Part shown: positions 57,060 to 64,000 of the stretch, piece by piece
How the letters are laid out: every line of letters starts with the position of its first letter
Numbering within the stretch: position 1 is the stretch's first letter
Source: Candidatus Omnitrophota bacterium
Lineage (GTDB): Bacteria > Omnitrophota > Gorgyraeia > Duberdicusellales > 4484-171
Direction: 5' to 3'
Assembly (NCBI GenBank): GCA_021735655.1
Contig: JAIPGM010000001.1
Location: 161,728-225,727, forward strand
Length of the DNA: 64,000 nucleotides
Notes under the pieces: model-generated
The model's database searches: none
What the model was told of the DNA's origin: nothing
What the model saw: only the letters and a program-made list of their open reading frames with translations
Program-made: the position numbers and the translations under genes

Positions 57060-57863
57060 ATGGGAAAAATTATAGCATTTATTAAGAAAGATTTTCAAAT
57101 TTTTTTAAGTTATAAGCTATTTTTCATGTTGCGTTGGGCGGGTATTGTTATACCGGTTGTTACTTTTTATTTTATATCTAAGTTTATCGACCAGCAGGGG
57201 AATATTGCCTTCAGCGAATATCGAGGAGGGTACTTCCCTTTTGTGGTTATAGGCTTGTCAGTATACGGCTATCTTCTTGTCTTGTTGCGTTCAGCTTCTG
57301 AAGGTATGCGGCAGGAGCAGATGTACGGAACTTTAGAGGTTATTTTTGCTACCCCGGTAAAAAGTAGTATCGTAGCAATTTCGGCAGGTTTGTGGAATAG
57401 TCTTATTGCTTTAGTTGCTATGGTGGTATGTTTGGTAACCGGAATTTTATTGTTTAAGGAGGGCATTGTTGCTTTGGATTGGTTTGCCTTATTTTTAACT
57501 TTAATTATGATTGTCGTTAATTTTTTAAGCATAGGTATATTGGCTGCTGCAGTAATAGTGGTTTGTAAAAGAGGTGATCCGATTGCTTGGTTTGCTAGTA
57601 CATTCTTTGCTTTTTTTGGCGGAGTTTATTATCCAGTGAGTGTTTTGCCTAAAGGGTTTCAGAAAATATCTCAGTTTTTACCGATCACTTATGCTGTCAG
57701 GGCTTTGCGTAAAGTTATACTTGCCGGGGCAACATCTGTCGAGATAACTAACGAGTTAGTTGTGTTGTTTATTTGTGCAGTATGTTTGTTGCCTTTATCT
57801 TTAATTATTTTTAGTTATGCTGTGCGGCGAGCTAAGATGAGCGGTAGCTTATCTTATTATTAG
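57060..57863 (+). CDS. ABC-2 type transporter permease
   Basis: 267 aa with six hydrophobic segments, immediately downstream of its ATPase. Confidence 0.75.
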   Translation: MGKIIAFIKKDFQIFLSYKLFFMLRWAGIVIPVVTFYFISKFIDQQGNIAFSEYRGGYFPFVVIGLSVYGYLLVLLRSASEGMRQEQMYGTLEVIFATPVKSSIVAISAGLWNSLIALVAMVVCLVTGILLFKEGIVALDWFALFLTLIMIVVNFLSIGILAAAVIVVCKRGDPIAWFASTFFAFFGGVYYPVSVLPKGFQKISQFLPITYAVRALRKVILAGATSVEITNELVVLFICAVCLLPLSLIIFSYAVRRAKMSGSLSYY

Positions 57864-57870
57864 GTAATGA

Positions 57871-59217
57871 TTATTCACTTAAATTGTTGGTAATATTTTG
57901 CTGGGCATAAACTTCATTAACATAAATTCCTAGCCCTTCTGGGGAGAATCGCTTTTTTGGAACAATGCGTATACACCCTTTATATTTTTCAATTACATCT
58001 TTTCGAATCATTTTTTTAAATGTTTTTAAACTTTTGTTGTAGTCGTGGCTCGGCCAGAAATTGTATTTTTTATTTAGGCGGGAGTAATTTAAAAAACGAT
58101 CCGGGTTAGATATTATTTTTTCCAGATCGCAGTTAAACCGGTCATTGAAATAATCTATATTTATTCCCTCGGGTAATAGAAGCTGTAGGTAGATAGCACG
58201 TAGAAGGCTCCAGTAAAATGGTTTGTCGTTAGAGAGAAGCGCTTTGGTTTGGCTGAGAGGATTTTTGATGTACTCTTTGATATTTATTGAATTCATGCCG
58301 TCCCAGCCTATGGCTCCGGCGCCAAGGCCCATAAAGGGAACGCAGAAAACAAAGATTAGTTCTGATAGAAACTCTTTTCCTTTTTTGGCAAAATAAGTAT
58401 GAAAATAATTAGGATATCCATTGTTAGATAAATAGTCGTAGGCATGGAGGATTAAATCTAAATTGCCCGCTATCAAGTTCATTCGGTATGGGTTGAATAT
58501 TTTTTTTTCGATTATGTTCGTTGATTTATCAAATAAGGGGCCAGGCACCGGGAGTAAGGTGGCATAAGACATGTGGTCTGGTTCCATGCTAACAGCAATT
58601 TTTAAGTCATCTTTGCATTCGGAAAACGTCTGGCCTGGAAAGTTGCATAGCAAGTCAAGGTTTACGTTTTTAAAACCAACCTTACGTATGCGATCGTAAC
58701 TAGAATAAATATCCTTTGCTCGGTGGTCGCGGTTTAAGCCTGAGAGGATTTTGTTATTAAAAGTTTGCACCCCGATACTTATTCGGTTAAACCCTATAGA
58801 TTTTAAGCCGCGGACTTTTTGGTCAGTTAAAGAATCAGGAGTTGCTTCTATGCTTATTTCTACGATGTCGCTTCTATTTTGTCCGGAGCAGGAAAGTATT
58901 GAAGAAATTATCTTATCCAGTTCTTTTACCGAGAGTAAAGACGGAGTTCCTCCGCCAAAATAAATTGCTTTTAGCTTTGTTTTTCGGTTTTTTTCGGAAC
59001 AAAAGCTTTTTACCGCGAGCTCTTTTAAGAGAGCTTTGATGTAAGGGGTTTTTAGTTCTTTTAAGGCTAGAAAATCATTATTATACCTGCGGCAGAAACA
59101 ACAGAAGTGACATTTGTATTTACAAAAAGGGATGTGGACATATACTAGTGATAAGTCATTGGATTGTCGTAACTGCGGTATGGTAAGAGTTGCTTTGGAT
59201 TTTTGTAGATTGCCCAT
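57871..59217 (-). CDS. Radical SAM protein, HemN/HemW (oxygen-independent coproporphyrinogen oxidase-like) family
   Basis: YVHIPFCKYKCHFCCF (CxxxCxxC), YFGGGTPS, and a HemN-like C-terminal domain. This is the only minus-strand gene, convergent with 57060-57863 across a 7-nt gap. Confidence 0.75.
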   Translation of the reverse strand: MGNLQKSKATLTIPQLRQSNDLSLVYVHIPFCKYKCHFCCFCRRYNNDFLALKELKTPYIKALLKELAVKSFCSEKNRKTKLKAIYFGGGTPSLLSVKELDKIISSILSCSGQNRSDIVEISIEATPDSLTDQKVRGLKSIGFNRISIGVQTFNNKILSGLNRDHRAKDIYSSYDRIRKVGFKNVNLDLLCNFPGQTFSECKDDLKIAVSMEPDHMSYATLLPVPGPLFDKSTNIIEKKIFNPYRMNLIAGNLDLILHAYDYLSNNGYPNYFHTYFAKKGKEFLSELIFVFCVPFMGLGAGAIGWDGMNSINIKEYIKNPLSQTKALLSNDKPFYWSLLRAIYLQLLLPEGINIDYFNDRFNCDLEKIISNPDRFLNYSRLNKKYNFWPSHDYNKSLKTFKKMIRKDVIEKYKGCIRIVPKKRFSPEGLGIYVNEVYAQQNITNNLSE

Positions 59218-59337
59218 GATTGGAAGTTATTATATCTCTTGTAACTAAACCGGGCAATGCTTTTCTTGGTGGTGTTTTACTGATTGGAAGCAAATTCGTG
59301 CGATAATTCATGATTTTAGATAATAAACAGCGTATAT

Positions 59338-60477
59338 ATGAGTTGGAAAAAGCTAAATCATAAGACGGTTCCCGGCAACAAAGACTTAAACCTGACAACA
59401 TGGAAATTTAGTCCGGTTTCGGGAGACAAACATGGGGTTATTTCTTTGGAGCGAATCAGAGATAAAGCAAGCACAAAGGCAAAATCTACTCTTCTTTATT
59501 TACCGGGAACCTGGGGAAATTCTACTTTAATTGATTATCGGGAGAACTACGAGTTTCGTATTTATCTTGCTCGGAACCAGGTAGACATTTTTAGCTTAGA
59601 TTATCGGACCCACAGTGCTGATATCCAAGACCAAGATAATTTATCGTTTATGGCCGATTGGACTTATGGGGTATTTTTGGAAGATATTAAAAAAAGCGTC
59701 GATTTTATCAAGAAAATTACCAAAACAGATAAAATATTTATTGCTGGGATGAGCAGAGGTGGGACTCTGGCTTATTATTATGCTTGTCGTAATTGGTTTA
59801 GCGATCTTGCCGGTTTGATTATCCTCGACGGCTCTCTTTGGTGGGATTATTTTTCCTTTGATCACAAAATTACCTTAAAAGAGGCCTTAGATTCTTTTCG
59901 TATTCAGGCAGCTTTTCAAGAAGAGACAGCTTCCCGAGAACAATTAATGAATGTTGGACGGTACTCTATTAATCTTAATTTTACTAAGCAGCTAATACAG
60001 CAAGCGATTGATAACCCCAATGCTCCTAGTCCAGTTGAGGGGCCTAAGAATTTAGCGGAATATATGGCCGAAAGGATACATAACAGTCGAGGGCCTTGCT
60101 GGGGGTCTAAAGGTATAGCTAATCTATTTGAAGGGTATAATAATATTGAAATTTTGCTAGCTTGGCTGCTGTCTAAGGATCCTTACTGGCCTATTGTTCA
60201 GATTGCTGAATCAATATCTTTGCACAGCCAAGGTATAGGGTCTTCTGAGATAACTTATGCAAATCAAATAAATGAGGTAGATGTGCCAGTAATTGCTTTT
60301 TTCTCTCAATGGTACTATTCTTTAGATGAAAAACTAAAGGCAACAAAATATATAGGCAGTCGCGATGTTACAACGCAGATATTAAATAACTGGGGGCATG
60401 CTGATATTCTTTTTGGTGAATATGCACATAAAAAAGTCTTTAAGCCAATGTGTAGATGGTTAAAAGAAAAGGTATAG
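59338..60477 (+). CDS. Alpha/beta hydrolase fold protein
   Basis: Nucleophile elbow IAGMSRGG (GxSxG) and C-terminal NWGHADILFG (His of the triad). Substrate unknown. Confidence 0.55.
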   Translation: MSWKKLNHKTVPGNKDLNLTTWKFSPVSGDKHGVISLERIRDKASTKAKSTLLYLPGTWGNSTLIDYRENYEFRIYLARNQVDIFSLDYRTHSADIQDQDNLSFMADWTYGVFLEDIKKSVDFIKKITKTDKIFIAGMSRGGTLAYYYACRNWFSDLAGLIILDGSLWWDYFSFDHKITLKEALDSFRIQAAFQEETASREQLMNVGRYSINLNFTKQLIQQAIDNPNAPSPVEGPKNLAEYMAERIHNSRGPCWGSKGIANLFEGYNNIEILLAWLLSKDPYWPIVQIAESISLHSQGIGSSEITYANQINEVDVPVIAFFSQWYYSLDEKLKATKYIGSRDVTTQILNNWGHADILFGEYAHKKVFKPMCRWLKEKV

Positions 60478-60544
60478 ATGTTAAACTGTATTCATGATAA
60501 AATAGTTTTCATTTTACTGGAAAGGAAGGGATTAAGGGCAAACA

Positions 60545-61783
60545 ATGAATATATGTATATTAGGTAAATATCCTCCGATACAAGGAGGGGTTTCAACTTG
60601 CAATTATTGGTTGAGCAAGGCTTTAGGGCAACGTGGACATAAGGTTTTTGTTGTAACCAATGCTGAAGAAGCTGGTTTTGAATATAGAGAGCAGATTTAT
60701 CCTTCTGATGCCCGTCAGCTTGAGCCAAAAAATGTAAGAGTATTCAGTACGCAGCCTTTGAGTAGGCGTTTTATCCCTCAGTATCAGCCGTTTATTGCTA
60801 AGCTTGCCAGCATGGCAATAGAAATTGTGAAAAAGAATAAAATAGATGTGCTTTACTCAAATTATCTGCTTCCTTATGGGGTTGCTGGTCTTTTGGTTAA
60901 GCAAGCTACGGGTGTGCCTTGGTTTTTAGATCATGCTGGCAGTGACATTACTAATTTATTTGATGAGCCAGAGCTTAGGCCTATTTTTCTTGAGCTGTTT
61001 AAAAATGCAGATTTGGTAGTTAATTCGCCCCAGGTCAAAAGCCGGTTGGTAGATTCAGGGGTTATCCCTGAAGATAAACTATCACCTTCTATTGGAAAGA
61101 TGTCTTACACTAGGGCTCTAGACGATAGTTTTCACCCTCAAGCAAAACCTTTTGATTTAAGTGATTATTTTGATCGGTTTAACAGACGCTTACCAGTTTT
61201 TACTTTTCTAGGAAAGATTTCTCCCCTCAAAAAAACTTTTGCCTTTGTTGAAGCTGCAGCTAAATTGCCTAAAGGTAAGTTTTATCTTTTGTTTGTTACC
61301 GAAAAAGGGCGGATGCGGATTCATTTGAGGAATTTAATAAGAGAAAAGGGTTTGTTGCCTTACACTTGCCTGTTGGATTTTAAGCCGCCTTGGCTGGTAC
61401 CTTCTATCATTACCGCTTCTACGGCAGTGGTTGCCCCAGAAAGCGAAGAGACTCCTTATTTGCCTGAAGGCACTCACGGATCCAAAATAGGTTTAGAGGC
61501 AATGCTTTGTGGGCGTTGTGCGGTAATCGGAAAAGGAATGAGTAAGAAAGCTTTTTATTATGGTTGTAAAGATAAAGAACACTTTTTGGTGGTTGATCCT
61601 CATAATATTAATACTTTTGCTAAAAAACTTAAGCTTATTGTAGATGATCCTGGTTTAGCTTATAAAATTGGAAAAAAAGCCAGGGCTGTTTGGACTGCCA
61701 GACGGAATTTTTTTGAGGCTTCCCTAGACTTGTTTGTTAAAAATTTCAAAATAGCTATCCTAAAGAATTCATGCCTAAGGTAA
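60545..61783 (+). CDS. GT4-like glycosyltransferase
   Basis: The N-terminal MNICILGKYPPIQGGVSTCNYWLSKALGQRGHKVFVVTN is typical of the GT-B GT4 N-domain. The C-terminal domain is divergent. Confidence 0.6.
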   Translation: MNICILGKYPPIQGGVSTCNYWLSKALGQRGHKVFVVTNAEEAGFEYREQIYPSDARQLEPKNVRVFSTQPLSRRFIPQYQPFIAKLASMAIEIVKKNKIDVLYSNYLLPYGVAGLLVKQATGVPWFLDHAGSDITNLFDEPELRPIFLELFKNADLVVNSPQVKSRLVDSGVIPEDKLSPSIGKMSYTRALDDSFHPQAKPFDLSDYFDRFNRRLPVFTFLGKISPLKKTFAFVEAAAKLPKGKFYLLFVTEKGRMRIHLRNLIREKGLLPYTCLLDFKPPWLVPSIITASTAVVAPESEETPYLPEGTHGSKIGLEAMLCGRCAVIGKGMSKKAFYYGCKDKEHFLVVDPHNINTFAKKLKLIVDDPGLAYKIGKKARAVWTARRNFFEASLDLFVKNFKIAILKNSCLR

Positions 61784-63264
61784 TACTTATAAGTATTGAT
61801 GGGGCTTGTTGGCCGGCAATGAATCACTTGTTTAAGAAAGGTGATTTACCGGTTTTAAGCCGCTTAGTAGACCAAGGGGTCAGCGGGACTCTTAATAATA
61901 TTAATATGCTTGAGGCTGATCTTTGGGAGATTTTTGATATATACCGAGAGTATATCAAGAAGATCCCTCGTTTAGGGAGCCATTCGGATTTATCGGATTG
62001 GTTGACTTCAATGACTGGTTTTTTACCTAAGGTTCATGGAGTTATTTCCTCAACCGAAAAAGATTCACGTGGCAGAGAAATACCAGCTTCTCGAAGGACC
62101 AGGAAACGTCCGGTAGCATGGGAGATCTTGGCAAATAAAGGCAAAACAATAGGGGTAATTGGCTGTATGGGTGATTGGCCCCCGATAGCTTTGCCTCATT
62201 ATAATGTATCTAGATTTTACAATGTTGATGATATTTATTTTCGCAAAGCTAATAAGGATGCTGACAGTGGCTGGAAGCTAAACTTAGATAATCTGCATTC
62301 CCGGTTAACTTACCCGGCTAACTTAGCAAAAGAGCTGCTTAAGTTTAAGCCGGATAGTCAAATAGAGTCATTCATTCAGAGAGGTAAGCCTTATATTAGA
62401 GGGGCTTTGTCTTATAAATTACGCTACGATAGTTTGTATTGCCAATGGGCTAAATATCTTCTTAAACGTTTTCCTCAGCCTGATTTTTTTGCCCTTTCTT
62501 TGCATGAAATACATTCCTTGTCACATCTTTTCTGGGATTGCCTGCCTCTGGCCAAGAAAAGATTTAAGGGCGCGGTTCATCGGCGTCGACAAAAAAAGTA
62601 TGGCGGGATAATTGAGGATTATTATCGTTACATTGATAAAAATATTGGCGAAGTATTGAAACTGAGCGATAGTGATTCTACGGTTATGATTCTTTCTCAC
62701 TACGGCATGGTCGATTCACGAATATTTAAGAAGTACATATTTATGGATAAAATTTATCATAAATTAAATTTTTTCTTTTATGATGACGGTATTGATTGGG
62801 ATCGAACCAGCGTGTATGATAATGTTAATCCTTGGGGTATATACGCTGTACGAAAGGGTTTTATCCGCGGACGCAACCCCCAAAAAATATTTTTATCTTT
62901 AAGCAGGAAAATGAAAAAGATAATCACCAATAAAGGTGAGCCTTTGTTTTTGGATATATCATTTGAAAAACAAGATAATTCATTTAAAGTAGTGCCGAAT
63001 TACAAGGCCATAAACTATTCGACAAAGATATTAATCAAGGGCGAGGAGATACCAGTAAAGGAGTTAGTAGATTTTAAACCGCATTATTCTATACATAATC
63101 CTGAAGGGGTTTTCATTGTCTCAAGTCGCAAGAGACAATCTTTAAAGGTTATCAAGGATAAAGTTGATTTTTTGGACATTTTGCCTACGATTTTTTCCTT
63201 TTATGGGATAAAAAAAGATCCTAAAATGTCCGGTGAGGTATTTGTAGACAGAAAAAGGAGGTAA
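61771..63264 (+). CDS. Alkaline phosphatase superfamily protein (type I phosphodiesterase/nucleotide pyrophosphatase-like)
   Basis: The N-terminal VILISIDGACWPAM resembles the metal-ligand/nucleophile region, and MILSHYGM resembles the SDHG region. Weak, motif-level only. Confidence 0.45.
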   Translation: MPKVILISIDGACWPAMNHLFKKGDLPVLSRLVDQGVSGTLNNINMLEADLWEIFDIYREYIKKIPRLGSHSDLSDWLTSMTGFLPKVHGVISSTEKDSRGREIPASRRTRKRPVAWEILANKGKTIGVIGCMGDWPPIALPHYNVSRFYNVDDIYFRKANKDADSGWKLNLDNLHSRLTYPANLAKELLKFKPDSQIESFIQRGKPYIRGALSYKLRYDSLYCQWAKYLLKRFPQPDFFALSLHEIHSLSHLFWDCLPLAKKRFKGAVHRRRQKKYGGIIEDYYRYIDKNIGEVLKLSDSDSTVMILSHYGMVDSRIFKKYIFMDKIYHKLNFFFYDDGIDWDRTSVYDNVNPWGIYAVRKGFIRGRNPQKIFLSLSRKMKKIITNKGEPLFLDISFEKQDNSFKVVPNYKAINYSTKILIKGEEIPVKELVDFKPHYSIHNPEGVFIVSSRKRQSLKVIKDKVDFLDILPTIFSFYGIKKDPKMSGEVFVDRKRR

Positions 63265-63267
63265 GTT

Positions 63268-63561
63268 ATGAAAGCCGACCAGTTAAAGGGCAAGTGCATG
63301 ACTATTAACGAAGAAATTATTTCTTGGCGAGAGATCGACAAAGAGGTAGTATTTCTTAATAAACAGGAAAAAAGTTTTTACGAATTAAACAAAACAGCTG
63401 AGATCATTTGGCGCCAGTTAGCCAAAGGCGGTAAACTGACTCAGGTAATTTCTCAGGTTCAAAAGAAATATAAGAAAGTAGGTAAGCAAGACATAGAAAG
63501 AGATGTAATTGCTTTTATTGCAGATGGAATTAAGAAAAAAATATTTATTGTTAATAAATAA
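63268..63561 (+). CDS. PqqD-family protein (RRE-type peptide-binding chaperone-like)
   Basis: 97 aa. VVFLNKQEKSFYELNKTAEIIWRQL...QDIERDVIAFIADGIKKKIF follows the PqqD pattern. It is TAATG-coupled to the downstream radical SAM gene. Confidence 0.6.
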   Translation: MKADQLKGKCMTINEEIISWREIDKEVVFLNKQEKSFYELNKTAEIIWRQLAKGGKLTQVISQVQKKYKKVGKQDIERDVIAFIADGIKKKIFIVNK

Positions 63562-64000
63562 TGGCTAAGAAAAAACATTTTCTTCAAAATCCATTTTTTA
63601 TTATCCAATGGCATATAACTGAACGCTGTAATTGGCAGTGTAAGCATTGCTATCAGGACAAGGCGCCGGTGCCTGAACTGCCTTTTGGCAAGCTAGAAGG
63701 GGTTCTTGGCCAATGTATGGAACTGTTTAAGACTCTAAACGTTCCCGCTAAGCAAGCTTACATGCATATAGGGGGAGGAGAGCCTTTCTTGCGGAAGGAT
63801 TTTTTTAAATTCTTAAAGTTGCTGAGCGTGCATAATGATTATTTAAGAATTCAGATAATGACTAACGGCTCATTACTTACGCAGTCGGTAGTTAAAGAAT
63901 TAAAAAGAATGAAGGTGAACGCAGTGCAGGTTAGCTTAGAAGGATTTGAGCAAACTAATGATCAAATAAGAGGTCCGGGAAGTTTTAATAAGGCTTTGCG
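63561..64000 (+). CDS. Radical SAM protein (PqqE/SPASM-maturase-like), 3'-truncated by window end
   Basis: An ATG at 63561 opens MAKKKHFLQNPFFIIQWHITERCNWQCKHCYQ (CxxxCxxC at 63627-63650), then GGGEPFL and MTNGSLL. The frame is open to nt 64000. It is not in the ORF track because no stop is reached. Confidence 0.8.
   Translation, partial: MAKKKHFLQNPFFIIQWHITERCNWQCKHCYQDKAPVPELPFGKLEGVLGQCMELFKTLNVPAKQAYMHIGGGEPFLRKDFFKFLKLLSVHNDYLRIQIMTNGSLLTQSVVKELKRMKVNAVQVSLEGFEQTNDQIRGPGSFNKAL

Noticed and set aside
57861-57873. Convergent gene ends only 7 nt apart (57863 / 57871) with no room for a terminator hairpin.
   Set aside because: Tight convergent packing is common in compact genomes. I could not find any stem-loop, so no terminator is reported.
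1-64000. Search for tRNA, rRNA, CRISPR arrays, IS elements, integrases, prophage genes and toxin-antitoxin pairs.
   Set aside because: Intergenic space is minimal; the largest gaps are 143, 120 and 67 nt. No direct-repeat/spacer periodicity, no cloverleaf-compatible segments and no transposase or recombinase motifs were seen in any of the translated ORFs.

Overview
This 64-kb window appears to come from a moderately AT-rich bacterium. All genes but one are on the + strand and are tightly packed, with ATGA/TAATG stop-start overlaps. It falls into three blocks. (A) nt 2-29311 is a single uninterrupted + strand reading frame of at least 9,769 codons, still open at the 5' window edge. It is not a repetitive adhesin or an NRPS/PKS. 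It is a chain of about 25 protein-sized units with unrelated folds: GT4 and GT2 glycosyltransferases, GH77-like and GH100/GDE-like hydrolases, a phosphoglycosyl transferase, a polytopic membrane protein, a tandem PLP decarboxylase, Glu/Leu-dehydrogenase-like, amidinotransferase-fold, methyltransferase, GNAT-like, GHKL-like, HTH, P-loop kinase-like, and two papain/transglutaminase-like Cys-His-Asp modules. The units are separated 29 times by the same pentapeptide P-L-D-N-G, usually followed by R or K and encoded with freely varying synonymous codons. I interpret this as a bacterial operon-in-a-gene polyprotein with a dedicated junction or processing motif. It is the main candidate for a previously undescribed system. 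(B) nt 29352-35115 is an ordinary five-gene Opp/Dpp-type ABC importer. (C) nt 35259-64000 is a glycan/glycoconjugate-type cluster with two ABC-2 exporters, three GT4-like glycosyltransferases, a methyltransferase, an FAD oxidoreductase and hydrolases. It is exceptionally rich in radical SAM chemistry, with ten CxxxCxxC modules. These include a triple rSAM-SPASM fusion and a double B12-binding rSAM fusion. An uncharacterised ~200-aa domain occurs four times in the tail of the Wzt-like exporter ATPase and once each in two B12-rSAM enzymes. The window ends in a PqqD-like/rSAM-SPASM pair. I recognised no rRNA, tRNA, CRISPR array, transposase or integrase. All domain calls are by eye from remembered family motifs; no HMM or BLAST was run. 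Domain boundaries are approximate; junction-motif coordinates are exact.
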